Assembly: GCF_001194135.2 (NCBI RefSeq)
Contig: NC_068990.1
Location: forward strand, 66,210,681-66,249,462
Length of the DNA: 38,782 bases
From: Octopus bimaculoides
Taxonomy: Eukaryota
Direction: 5' to 3'
The translations under genes and the position numbers were made by a program. The number at the start of each line of letters is the position of its first letter. The stretch's first letter is position 1. Shown here one piece after another: positions 1 through 12,980 of this stretch. The notes below the pieces were generated by a model that was given only the letters and a program-made list of their open reading frames with translations, was not told the origin of the DNA and did no database searches.

Positions 1-32
<32 letters not shown>

Positions 33-240
33 TGTCTGTCTGTGTATAAATAACATATGTATGTAGTTATAGTTATATATTAGTGATATAACTATAGACG
101 TTATGTTCCTAATCTATCATATTTTATGGACACACACTCGTATAATTCAAGTTACATCCACCCCCACACCCCCACCACACACACACGTGTATGTATGTAT
201 TAATGTATGTTTGTATGTATGTATGTATGTATGTATGTAT
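1..240. repeat. (TG)n, (CTGT)n and (TATG)n microsatellites
   Basis: Direct reading: TG run 1-30, then CTGT; TATG run about 188-240. Confidence 0.95.
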
Positions 241-989
241 ACCACATTGTTACCAACGTAATCACCGATTAACGTATCTATGAAAAATATAAATCAGACG
301 TGTGCCAGACTAATAGACATAACGATTCACGTACAGACGCAGCTCAAACGTTAAAGCCACTGATGTGTATTCCTCAATATACATTCATACAGAAGTAAAC
401 CACACATAAATGTCCATTCTCTGTGCACGTATACACACGGATTTTTATATGTGAGATGAACAGTGCAATAATATCATATCCATCACGGTTGTAAACAGAA
501 CTTAGTACATGGTACCTACAACTGAAGACTAGATCGAGAATAATTGATCAACCAATGATAAAACAAAAATAAAAGAAATTCTGGAACAGAGGGGGAAAAA
601 AGTAATACGAGAAACTAAAATAATAACAGCGACAGTAAAGGTAAACGGAGATAAGAAGTTATATTTGAAAAAATGAAAAGCAACACAAAGTGAAAATATA
701 TTTATCTTGCGGATGAAATGATATCACAGAAACCTCGTGTTTTGCGATAGATTTCTTAAATTAATGCTTATATCGTTTTACGACTGGTCATAAAATGACG
801 TGCGTCTTTTATGATCTTCTGTTCTTTTTTGTTTTTTTCTCTTTTATTTCAGTATTATCACGATGGAATCATTGGTGTTTATAGAACTGCTATATTGGTG
901 AAGTGATAATTTTAGAACATTTATAGATATCTGTCTATGAATATCTATAGTAAAATAACGATTCGTCTGTACGGTAGTTCGAATGCTAG

Positions 990-1026
<37 letters not shown>

Positions 1027-1036
1027 TACATATATA

Positions 1037-1270
1037 CTTTTACATGATTCAGTCATTACACTGCAGTGATGCTGGGTACTACCTTAAAGAGTTTTAGTCT
1101 AGCGACTCGACACCAGTGATTCTTCGTTAAAGCTTGGTACTTATTCTATCGCGTCCTTTGTCGAACCGCTAGGTAACGGGGACATAAGCACACCAACACC
1201 GGTTGTCAAGTGGTGGTGTAGAAACACATACACACACATGCACACACGTGCACACACACACACACACACT
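1037..1270 (-). mobile_element. SINE family A (octopus-type tRNA SINE), 3' part
   Basis: Shares the blocks ttcagtc..tgcag..atgctg, gtacttattctatc, gaaccgctag..acggggac and cggttgtcaag with the copies at 17321-17700 and 37153-37475. Confidence 0.75.
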
Positions 1271-1654
1271 CTGTGTGTGTGTGTGTAAGTATATGTGTGT
1301 ATACTCTAAGTATAAATCGAAAATACCGCATTTACTCGTGTATAAATCACACTATGGCATACTTTATCTTAACTGGAAAAAAGTAGGGTGTGTATTACAC
1401 GCGGGGCAAATCAAAAAGTATGAAAGGAGTGTTACTTATGCGCAGGTGTGACGTATACATGAGTGAATACGGTACTTTATATTATTGCGCAGAACCGGAA
1501 TAAAGAGATGGGGTTGTTTTTGCTGTAGTTTAGTTCCGAGTGAGCACATAACTTGGCGACTAAACATTTGATCATTATCTCAGTTATTGATAACTGGAGT
1601 ATAATTATCAATGTCTTATTCTCTCCCTCCCACTTTCTTTTTCTTTCTCCCTCC

Positions 1655-1673
1655 CTTTCTCTCTCTCTCTCTG

Positions 1674-1714
<41 letters not shown>
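1655..1714. repeat. (CT)n/(CTGT)n compound microsatellite
   Basis: Direct reading. Confidence 0.95.
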
Positions 1715-1715
<1 letters not shown>

Positions 1716-2257
1716 CCTTGAACACGGGAAGCCAAATTTTCGCGGATTGGGACGTCTGAGCATGACTGGCCGTTGCCGATTTGCCACGGCTGACTGGACA
1801 TTCAGCCTGTATTGTTGACAGTACTGCTTGGCCCTGGAGACAGAGATACACACGTGCGCGCGTAGACACGCACGACAAGCACTCACATATTCACACACAT
1901 ACAATGACATACCTGCACGCACTGAAATATATATATATATATATATATATATAACATCGTGGTGATCGGTGTTGATTTTTTCTTTCTCCGTTTTTCCCTT
2001 CTTTGAACATTCCTTGTGTCCGAGGAAGGGCTCCGCCCGAAACGTCATACTCTTTCTCTTTCCTTTCCCGAGCGTCTAATAACACTATCCGTATCACGTC
2101 CTCACGTTGTTGTTTTTTGTTATTGTTTTTNNNNNNNNNNNNNNNNNNNNNNNNNNNNNNNNNNNNNNNNNNNNNNNNNNNNNNNNNNNNNNNNNNNNNN
2201 NNNNNNNNATATATATATCAATGTAAATAGTGGTGCCTTGTTGTACCACTCTTCTGA

Positions 2258-2329
<72 letters not shown>

Positions 2330-2847
2330 AGAGGGAGAAAGAAATATTACCTATACATACAAAGACAACTAGATGTTCACACGCAAAAAGGGATGGAAAA
2401 AGGTAGAGAGAGAGAAAATAGAGGAAAGGTGAGAATGAGAGAAGCATTATGACTTCTCTATTTCAAATAAATCAACATCAAATTTGTAACGCCAGTTTTT
2501 GCTGCGGCATAATATCTCATACCCATAATTTAAAAGAATTCCGCATGCTTTTTCTAGTAATTTGAACGACAATGTAAATGGTTTCAAATAAGTTTCCAGA
2601 CGTACGTTGAAATACGTCTAGGCATATTTTTTATTGCTGCAGTTTGCATCACAGAATATGATATAACCTGGTTACATTATGTTACCATCAAATAAAGTTG
2701 CAATCATAAAAAAAAAAGCTAATTCGTAATTCATGTATAATGACAATGACCTTAATACTGGCATGAAAATCACAACTGTGATATATGTCTCTTTCTCTTA
2801 TACTTTAAAATTCCTAGCTTTATATCGTCATTGTCATTAACAACAAC

Positions 2848-3086
2848 CCGTGTCTCGTGTCCTCAGAATCATAGGGCGGTTACCCGATTTCGATTGGGGT
2901 ACAAATCAGCAAGATCACATTTCCCTCGAATAGAAGAACAATCCTGTTGCAGGTTTGCTCATTTACAGCTGACTGGACTAGAGCAAAGTGAAGCAAAGTG
3001 TTTTGCTCAAGAAATATAACATACTACCTGATCCGGGAAGCGAAACTACGATCTTACTGTTATGAGTGCAGCCTCCTAACCATTAG
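2848..3086 (-). mobile_element. SINE family C (tRNA head plus conserved central core)
   Basis: Reverse complement contains ttcttgagcaaaacactttgcttcactttgctctagtccagtcagctgtaaatgag. The same core occurs at 3545, 18450, 31580 and 34195. Confidence 0.7.
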
Positions 3087-3544
3087 GCAAGACATCTCCG
3101 CTAGACTTACTGTGTGCAAAATGATCTAAACTCATGTGGATATCAACGTTATGCGATAGTGAGTTTTCCGCGATGAGGTTCCTATATTCTGTCGGAGACA
3201 CTTTCCTTCTCTTGATTCAATAATCCATCTTTACCTTACAAATATTTTAGGTATTTCACTATTTTTGCATTTACCGGAAAATACACGGAGAAAGGGGATA
3301 CATAACGAGTGTTATCAAGGCTTAATGAAGGTAGCAAGACACTGATAATTATAAAAGTATTTGAAAACAGGTGCATGATAACAGAGATGCTTGTAAGGAA
3401 ATGAAATGTGTCGGCGTAATCGAGTGAAGGTCTGTGTTAAGATTTAACACAACGGTGGAGTTGCAACTGAACGTTATCAACGATACATTGTAAGTTAATT
3501 AGATTATTGAATGTATTCTGCTTGAATGTCCGACTTGAAGTCAC

Positions 3545-3770
3545 TAGGGCAAGTGGTCAGGGCAGTTGCACTCACGATCGTATGGTCGGATCCCGAGTCC
3601 TAGGCTTGTGCATTGCGTTCTTTAGCTTCACTTTGCTCCAGTCCACTTCATTTCATGTTTCTCTCGTCCACTCAACTGCTTAATGAGTAACTGGTTCTCT
3701 GTTCGAAGACTACATCATGATCTCAGCCACTTATATACCACGGAAATCAGGTTACCGGCCGGATGAGTTC
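3545..3770 (+). mobile_element. SINE family C, diverged
   Basis: Contains cttcactttgctccagtccact...gtccactcaactgcttaatgagtaac and the 3' block ggaaatcaggttaccggcc. Confidence 0.65.
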
Positions 3771-4307
3771 TAAAATTCAAAATCAGTAGTGATCATCCAA
3801 GGTCCTAGTAGCGCATAGGGAATGTCAACACCATCTACTGTTGAAAAGAAAACATTCATTAAATTAGTCAGTAAATCTTTTTTATCTTTCTTTCTTTTTC
3901 AGTTTGTTGAAATCTTACTAAATCTTTGCTTCCTAAATGATCGTCGGGAAATTAAAATGAAGCATTATAATTTAGGTCCTACACCACATCATTTTTACTT
4001 TACAGTCAACAGAAGTCGTTGCAATACTTTTTGTCAGTTAAAGCGATACCTTTGATAATCTTTAAAATGTTCTTTTGTCTCAGTATAACAATTACGGTAA
4101 ACAATACTTCAGTTAGTAATTACAATATCGTTAAATTTACAAGCACTTCTTACAACGTTAAGAAATAAATCGAAAAAGAATAACACAAGCGTAATTCTAT
4201 CCAGATAAACATAATTGACTATATATATATATATACACACACATACATACATAATGTGTACATGCGTAAATTGACTATATATATATATATATATATANNN
4301 NNNNNNN

Positions 4308-4354
<47 letters not shown>

Positions 4355-5646
4355 ATAAATATACACACATGCATAATGTGAACATGCGTAAATATTGACA
4401 ACCAAATATACAAATACATATATATGAATATAAGATCGCAGGCTCCGTCGAATACTTATTAACATATTACTTATGCTTTGTTTTATTTACAGTGTAAATA
4501 TGTAGTTTATGTAAACGATATTTTGTATCATGTATCCTAGCAGTCTAAAGATTGTAAAGAATACAAAAAAAAATATATACATTATGTTTCCACGAAGCAG
4601 CATATGTACATGTTTACCTTTCCTTCCTCTCACAATCCATAATTCCTTTCGTCTCTACTCACAGTTACTTACTATCAGCACACCGTCATCTGATTCAACG
4701 TTGCCTGAGGGAGTTTCTTTTGTTATCTTTCACAGGAGGGTCTACTACAGTGTTGATCATACTGCTTTATCGTGTTTATAAACATATAAACTTTAAGCTA
4801 TTTTTACAATAAATAAGAGACTCTCAAGCTGAGTTAAACATTGTTTATAAATATATAAGGCTAGGGTTGTAAACAATTTACGTTGAGATGTTATCACGAA
4901 ACAAGAAGTAAGTCGGTGTGAAGAAAATTTACTATATTTGGTGAAGGTGCGTGCACTCAACAAGACGATATTTATGCAAGGTGTGTGTGAATATACATAC
5001 ACATCACACATGTATGTACCTATATGAATATGTGTATACACGCACACATGTATGTATATATACGTATATATNNNNNNNNNNNNNNNNNNNNNNNNNNNNN
5101 NNNNNNNNNNNNNNNNNNNNNNNNNNNNNNNNNNNNNNNNNNNNNNNNNNNNNNNNNNNNNNNNNNNNNNNNNNNNNNNNNNNNNNNNNNNNNNNNNNNN
5201 NNNNNNNNNNNNNNNNNNNNNNNNNNNNNNNNNNNNNNNNNNNNNNNNNNNNNNNNNNNNNNNNNNNNNNNNNNNNNNNNNNNNNNNNNNNNNNNNNNNN
5301 NNNNNNNNNNNNNNNNNNNNNNNNNNNNNNNNNNNNNNNNNNNNNNNNNNNNNNNNNNNNNNNNNNNNNNNNNNNNNNNNNNNNNNNNNNNNNNNNNNNN
5401 NNNNNNNNNNNNNNNNNNNNNNNNNNNNNNNNNNNNNNNNNNNNNNNNNNNNNNNNNNNNNNNNNNNNNNNNNNNNNNNNNNNNNNNNNNNNNNNNNNNN
5501 NNNNNNNNNNNNNNNNNNNNNNNNNNNNNNNNNNNNNNNNNNNNNNNNNNNNNNNNNNNNNNNNNNNNNNNNNNNNNNNNNNNNNNNNNNNNNNNNNNNN
5601 NNNNNNNNNNNNNNNNNNNNNNNNNNNNNATATATATATATATATA

Positions 5647-7894
5647 CAGTAATCACTCGCTATATTGCGGTTGACCTATCGTGCCCTCAGTACATAACGT
5701 ATTTTACTCACGAAAAAATGTAAATTTATATCGCTGTCTCCTCCGTATATCGGACGTTTCTGCGGCCGATTGGTATGTAAATTTTCGAGGTAAAGTAAGC
5801 ATTTTACACGCCTAAAATTTAATGAAAATACAGTACTGTACTGCACTGTATTATACACTAATTAAAATATGTTAAAAGAAAATATGTACCGTACTGTAGG
5901 TGAGTAAACAAAGAATCGCACATAGGGTATGGAGAACAAAATTCGGGAGGCGAGTGAGTGGTGTTGTTTTACATTTGTATGTAAAATTGTGAATTTATTT
6001 CATGCCCTACGATGACGCCCAAACGTTCTGTACCTTTTAAAACTTGTGGCATTAAACCCAAGCGCCTGAGGAGGTGATTACTATAGCAGAGAAGGTGAAA
6101 CTCCTCGACATGCTTAAGGAAGAGAGAAGGTATGCAGTGGTAGGCCGCCACTATAGCATCAATGAATCTACCGTTCGCTACATCATGAAGGACGAAAAAT
6201 GTAAGAGCGACGGCAAAGGTGATCTTTTACAAGATAGCCAAAAGGGTGGTAACTTACCGCAATAAGGCCATCGTAACGATGGAGTCTGCATTAGCCTTTT
6301 GGATCAGTGACTGCAGGAAGAAGAACGTTACACTTGATACCAACACCATCCGTGAGAACGCTGGGCAGCTGTTCGGCAGGTTTACGGACGGCGTTGACAA
6401 AGACCCAGACGACCCTGAATCAGGACCATCTACGGGATCTCCTGCTAAACCAACCGAATGTAATACCAGCAAAGGCTGGTTTGATAAATTTCAAAGGAGG
6501 TTCAACCTTAAGAGTGGAGAAGATGCCTCTGCTGATAAACCCGCCGCTGAAGAGTACTTGAACGAGATAGTCAAGACCATCGTCGAGGAAGGGGAATATT
6601 CGCGCGAACAAGTTTTCATTATGGATGACACTGAGCTCTTTTGGAAACGGATGTCATTGTGGGCTTCTATTATGAAGGAGAAGGCCAGAGACCCTGGATT
6701 TAAAGCGTAGAAAGATCGCGTCACAATTATAATGTGTTGAAATGCTGCGGGCTTTATGATGAAGCCATGATTTATTTATAAGTCCCAAAAACCGAAAGGT
6801 CCTCAAAACGAAAATGAGAACCTGCTGCCAGTTCATTGGATGCACAGCTAGAAGGCATGGATAACGAAACCACTGACATCGGATTGATTTTACCGGTGCT
6901 TCATCCCCGAAGTCAAGGTTTATCTTCACGAAAAAGGACTGGAATTCAAAGTGCTTCTCCTAATAGACAATGCTGGATGTCACGCGCTTGACCTGTCGTA
7001 CAAAGGTGGGCAAATCCAATTCCTACTACTGAATACCACATCGCTGATATAGCCCATTGATCAAGGTGTTTAAGACGCTCTGTACAAGAAACTCCCTGCA
7101 AAAACCAGTCGAGGCTATGGACACGGATGATAATTTCTCGCTGAAGGAGCATTGGCGTGGGTACACCATTGCAACGTGTCTCCAAAATATTCAGAAGGCC
7201 ATAAAGGAGATGAAGAATGAAACTTTGAATACTAGCTGGAAGAAATTACGACCAGAAGCGGTCCATGACTATAAAGGATTCTCTTCTGACGAAATCCACC
7301 ACTCTGCAGTAGATAAGGCAGTGAAGCTGGCAAAATTGCTACGAGGAGATGGCTTCATCGATATGACTACCGAGGACGTTAATAACCTAATCGAGGCTCA
7401 CCCAGATCCGTTAACGGATGAACATGTGACAGAGATAACGAAGTCAGCAAATGAGGAAGAACAAGAACAAGAGGATCCAGGGAACGAAAAAGAAGTCGGC
7501 TTTTCACTAGAACGCCTTTCAGCTCTAGCATAAACAGCAAAAGAACTTCAGAGAATGGCCTAAGATGATTCGCGCGTTGTAGTTCAGAAATGCAATCGAC
7601 GGATCCATGGAAGTTTATAAAAACCTTCTTACACAGAAGAAAAGACAGCACCAGCAACTGCCCATCACTATGTTCCTCAACTGCCAAAAAAAGGGGTGGG
7701 GGGAGACACGGGTACTCCTAAGAGTGTGGAGAGAGTTTATAAATGCTTAAATATATGAAGATAATAAAACAAATACATACAAATTATAAAAATAATAAGA
7801 AAAAATACAGTACAATACTGTTTCTACTTCGCGGATTTTCATCTATGGTGGGGGTTTTGGAACTAAACACTCGGGATAGTCGAGGGGGTTACTG
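5647..7894 (+). mobile_element. Tigger/pogo DNA transposon, near full length (2248 bp), decayed
   Basis: Left end is TA|CAGTAATCACTCGCTAT. The right end reverse-complemented is CAGTAACCCCCTCGACTAT, followed by TA at 7895-7896. Transposase remnants lie inside. Confidence 0.92.
6012..7690 (+). pseudogene. Tigger (TIGD1-like) transposase pseudogene
   Basis: Starts MTPKRS, then a frameshift to ITIAEKVKLLDML..VGRHYSINESTVRYI (HTH-psq). CENP-B HTH SKGWFDKFQRRFNL. DDE_1 motifs VFIMDDTELFWKRM, KVLLLIDNAGCH and TTSLI*PIDQG. C-terminal KRQHQQLPITMFL. Multiple stops and frameshifts. Confidence 0.92.
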
Positions 7895-7938
7895 TACACA
7901 GTTATATTTTCGCTGATGAAATAAGATGCTTCAATATA

Positions 7939-8161
7939 CAACGTGGGCCAAAAGTCACGCACCAAAGCATTTGACCTTTTCTTTATATTACAGTCATGTT
8001 ATTATTATTCATTTTTTCCGTCATGTACAAGTTAGTACGTGCAGAGACATCATTATTTTATTTATTTTATTCAATTTATAAAAAAAAAAAAACTGGAGCA
8101 CGTATTTAACATTTCCGGAGCATGCTGAACTTACTTTGTGCGTGGTTTTTTGCCCATCCTG
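7939..8161. mobile_element. Tc1/mariner-type MITE (223 bp)
   Basis: TA|caacgtgggccaaaagtcacgcaccaaag versus the right end reverse-complemented caggatgggcaaaaaaccacgcac-aaag, followed by TA. 22/29 positions match by eye. Confidence 0.65.
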
Positions 8162-8699
8162 TATTTTTACGAACGCTGACTACCCAAAACACATTCCTGT
8201 CAGGATGTAAACGCACTAATTTGAATTCCATATTTAGCCGTGACATCGGTTCATCTATAGGAAATATTGAACCAAATTAGAGATCCCTAATTCTCTGAGC
8301 CGCTAGAAAATATAATTCTCTCGTATCACACACTATCACCTTGAAAAAGGAAGAACAATTTATTCAGTAAGCTGACATATTAAGAAGAAAAATACACGAC
8401 TGTGCCTAACTTCACAATGAACACATCCAACATACGTCAGTTGTTATTCTTTGCAAATACCCATCCACGTAATTTAATGCAAAAAATAATATTTTGTTGT
8501 AAGCTTGTGTCTTTATATGCTAATAATGGGCGAAATGGTACTGCAGATATTACAAATAATTGTTTGTGTTTCTCTGTGTCATTGTGAGTGTAAAAGCATT
8601 CGAGTTTGTCGTGTTTATTTGCACATGTTTGTGTGTCGTTCTGTCTTCGTTTCCTGGTCTCCATTCATCCCCACTGCTTTTCTTTTTTTATTTTGTATA

Positions 8700-8790
8700 G
8701 GAATCATAAGACCGGTTACCCGGTTTCCATAGCGTACAAGTGATCGAAGTCACATTTCCCTTACTAGTATAACGGTTAGTTGCAGGGTAC
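8700..8790 (-). mobile_element. SINE family C, 3' fragment
   Basis: ggaatcataagaccggttacccggtttcc...gtcacatttccctt resembles 2865-2930. Confidence 0.55.
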
Positions 8791-8791
8791 A

Positions 8792-8966
8792 AGGTCAGCA
8801 GTTTTGAGAGGAGGGCTAATATCTATTACTTGAATGATATTTCATTTTATAGATCTCGAATGGATAAAAGGCAAAGTTAACTTCGGAAGGATTTGAACTT
8901 AGAACATAGAGAGACGGAAGAAATTCCGCTAAGCATTTTGTCCGACAAGCTTTTGTCAGCTCACCC
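8792..8966 (-). mobile_element. SINE family B
   Basis: Contains aaaaggcaaagttaacttcggaaggatttgaacttagaac...ccgctaagcattt...gccagctc-like head. Confidence 0.75.
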
Positions 8967-9124
8967 CCTTTCCTTTCATAGATGTATAACTGAAAAAAAT
9001 TTCTTGGACGTTAGGTTGTTTGTGAGATTTCAAGTCGGTAATTGTGAGACTCTACCTCACAATTACTATTCCCCCATATCAGGACTGATATAGGGGAATA
9101 GCTTTTTTTTAAAAATTTTAATAT

Positions 9125-9650
9125 GGCTGAATTCTAATCTACATACATTCCAGGCCAGTGTCTGCAATCAAATTGTCTATGTCATTGTGACGACGATTTC
9201 CTTTTTTTACATCATCGAGAAGAGGGTTCCACAAGGCTAATTTGGACGCTTCCTCTTCAGGAAGGAGCACGTAGTGACCAGATTAATCGCAGCCGTCTTT
9301 CTCTGATCTTCTCGCTAACTTTCGGAAGGTCTGCATGAAGGCATTCGTTTGTCGTACGTAGTTGCCATTTCACATTTAGGGGTATTCGTAGCAACCTAGT
9401 GTAACAGGCATCCAGCATGTTTGATAATTTCATTGTCAGTGTCTATATTTTACTGCTATATATAACAATGATTCGTCAGGCCCAGCTTGATTTTTATTCG
9501 CATGAACAAATTGGAATTCCAGAGCTTCTTTGGTTTGTGACAGGGTGTCTATGCTTGTGATTTCCTAATCTTGGAGTCTGCTTCCAAACTGCTCACAACA
9601 AGAACAGCAACAGCGATTTAGCTTTAAACTTTTGATGTTTCCTTTGTTGT
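9125..9650 (-). mobile_element. RTE/RTEX-clade LINE, C-terminal ORF2 fragment (decayed)
   Basis: Minus-strand translation gives KIRKSQA*TPCHKPKKLWNSNL, then LDACYTRLLRIPLNVKWQLRTTNECLHADLPKVSEKIRERRLRL.GH...EEEASKLALWNP...IDNLIADTGL, typical of the post-RT region of RTEX elements. Confidence 0.85.
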
Positions 9651-10038
9651 GGTGTTATATTGTTAAATTTAAATCTACTGTTTTAAGACACACACACACA
9701 GACCTATATATAATAATGGTGTTCATTATATTATGTGTTTCCGCACGCGCCTTTATGTGTGCACGTGTATGGGTGCATGTGTGTGAGCGCGCGCGCCTGT
9801 GACTGTGTATATGTGTGTATGAATATATCTGTTGTGCATGTATGCGCGTTTCTGTATCGTTGCATTTGAGTGCGTGTATTATGAAAGTGTCTTTCGGAGT
9901 GAATCGTAGCAAGGAAATTCATTGACTGAATGATATTGATATAAATCTTATTTTCCACTAATTATAAGTATGCAAACATGCATATATTCACATACACGCG
10001 CACACACACGTATGTGTGCGTGTACGTTTGTGTGTGTG

Positions 10039-10085
<47 letters not shown>

Positions 10086-10412
10086 NNNNNNNNNNNNNNN
10101 NNNNNNNNNNNNNNNNNNNNNNNNNNNNNNNNNNNNNNNNNNNNNNNNNNNNNNNNNNNNNNNNNNNNNNNNNNNNNNNNNNNNNNNNNNNNNNNNNNNN
10201 NNNNNNNNNNNNNNNNNNNNNNNNNNNNNNNNNNNNNNNNNNNNNNNNNNNNNNNNNNNNNNNNNNNNNNNNNNNNNNNNNNNNNNNNNNNNNNNNNNNN
10301 NNNNNNNNNNNNNNNNNNNNNNNNNNNNNNNNNNNNNNNNNNNNNNNNNNNNNNNNNNNNNNNNNNNNNNNNNNNNNNNNNNNNNNNNNNNNNNNNNNNN
10401 NNNNNNNNNNNN

Positions 10413-10449
<37 letters not shown>

Positions 10450-10839
10450 TAGATAGATAGATAGATAGATAGGTACTCTTAAATAAATGTCGCAATGACA
10501 ATGAACTGTTATTATCCTATATTGGCTTAACCAATAAATTTGCAAAGATTTGTTACTTGCCAAATTAATAGTTCTTCCTCAACTGAAAACTTTACAATAA
10601 GATGAACAACACAAAACTACTTTGCACATATTCCATATTGGTTTCTAGAAACCGTTTTGTATGCGAATATATTATACAGTGTTTCAGGTTAGCTTTATAT
10701 CCATTGTATTGGTTTGGAACTGATGTTTCATACAATCATTCACACACACACAAACCCTTCACCACATAAGCTCACACACGCTCACCATCTTCACTACATA
10801 AGCTCAAATACACACACACTCACACACTCTCTCTCTCTC

Positions 10840-10840
10840 A

Positions 10841-10876
<36 letters not shown>

Positions 10877-11272
10877 TGTAATGTACCTAGATGTATCTAT
10901 GAAAATATATATGCAATCTACATATTATTTTCACATACATATATTTAATGTGGACATACAAAGCTGTATATGTATATATACACACATATACATGTGTATA
11001 CATATATATATACATATATGTGTGTATACATATATATGTATATATATATATATGTGTGTGTGTATATGTGTTTATGTGTATATGTGTGTATGTGTATATT
11101 CACATATATATACATATATATATATACATATGTACATAGGTATATATATACACACATATATATACATATGTACAGAGGTATATATGTATATAAGAAAATA
11201 TATATCCCATATAGTCAACAAAAGTAGCTAAGACCGTGCATATATACACATTTCTATATCTGTAGATGTATG

Positions 11273-11315
<43 letters not shown>

Positions 11316-11457
11316 TTTTGTATGTATATTTTAGAAACGAAACAGTGAATACACAAGTATGCACACACACACAGACGTACCAAACCCAAACACACTCCCC
11401 CACACACATATATATATGATGTGTATGTGTGTGCAAATATATATACATATATGCATG

Positions 11458-11507
<50 letters not shown>

Positions 11508-11582
11508 NNNNNNNNNNNNNNNNNNNNNNNNNNNNNNNNNNNNNNNNNNNNNNNNNNNNNNNNNNNNNNNNNNNNNNNNNNN

Positions 11583-11622
<40 letters not shown>

Positions 11623-12182
11623 GATATATGTATGTACTTGTGTATATATGTATGTATGCATGTATGTACGTATGTATGTATATATGTATGTATGTATGCA
11701 TGTATGTATGTATGTATGTATGTGTGTGTGTATGTATGTATATATGTATGTATGTATGTATGTACGTATGTATGCATGTGTATATGTATGTAAGTATGTA
11801 TGCATGTACATATTTAGCGGATATAGCGAAGCTCTGCTTAAAATGACAGTACTGATTGTATGGACTTCTGCTGCTAAGTGCACTGGCTGTTAGTTTCTTT
11901 AAATAAGCGAGTGCGCTTGCTCGTCTGGTGCACTTATTTGATTTGTAACAGCTGCTGGGTGTTCGTGTGGAACAGTTCGTCTTTCTTCTTATATATTTTA
12001 TTCGCTGTACTGCATGAATAAGTCGAAATACAAATTCGTACAACTACGAAAAGGCATATACACTAGCATAAACATGCGCATACAGACGCGCTTATGAAGA
12101 GGTAGTTCAATGTTTGTGTGCGGGTGTGTGCGCGCGCGTTTCTGGGTATTTGGTAGTATGTTTTCAAGCACGAATTTATTAG

Positions 12183-12225
<43 letters not shown>

Positions 12226-12316
12226 GTGCGTGCGCGTGTTTGTAAATATATGTGCATATATATGTATGCATATGCACATATATAAAAACACACGCACACA
12301 TATATGTGCATGTATA

Positions 12317-12360
<44 letters not shown>

Positions 12361-12771
12361 TACATATACATAAGTAAACACCTCCTTGTATTATACATAT
12401 ATTTAGATATGTTTGTATACATGTATATTTTCATATATACACACAAATACGTGTTTATAAATTCACCATACATACAGACGTACATACAAACATATTATAT
12501 GGTTTTGCATTTCACGGTAATGGTTTGCAAAGGAAACGAATAGAATGTGCGGAATGTTCACGTACGTGTGTGTATGTGTTCGTGCGTATATGAATTTTAT
12601 GTGCACCTGTTATATATGTGTGTATACATCACATATTCTCTCTGACTGCATATACGTGTATTTGAAAATTTACACTCTGTAAACACTCTATATAACTTTT
12701 GAAGACAAAATATATATTAGCGTTTCTGTATGTGTATGTGTGCATATCTATACTTGTGTGTGCGTGCGTAT

Positions 12772-12815
<44 letters not shown>

Positions 12816-12825
12816 NNNNNNNNNN

Positions 12826-12872
<47 letters not shown>

Positions 12873-12980
12873 TGTGTCTGTGTGTCTGTGTGTGTGTGTG
12901 TAAGTGTATACACTTGTGTGCATGTATATATAATCACATCTGCTGTTTGGTTCCATATTCATACACATGTGCACTTATAA
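10840..12980. repeat. Large compound (CA)/(TA)/(TG)/(TATG) low-complexity tract with two gaps
   Basis: Direct reading. It is the source of the many YIYI/CVCV/THTH ORFs. Confidence 0.9.

Noticed and set aside
7910-7935. CTGATGA motif
   Set aside because: No downstream GAAA or stem I.
8135-8254. 120-nt phase 1-1 minus exon candidate (EPMSRLNMEFKLVRLHPDRNVFWVV...)
   Set aside because: Its 3' end and donor fall in the MITE terminal repeat. This shows how easily such exons arise by chance.
9225-9262. Hammerhead-like CTGAAGA-GGA..TCC on the minus strand
   Set aside because: It lacks GAAA and is coding sequence of the RTEX LINE (PEEEASKL).
9962-12980. Many long ORFs (YIYI, CVCV, THTH, X runs) here and around other gaps
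   Set aside because: They are translations of dinucleotide microsatellites and N gaps, which lack stop codons.
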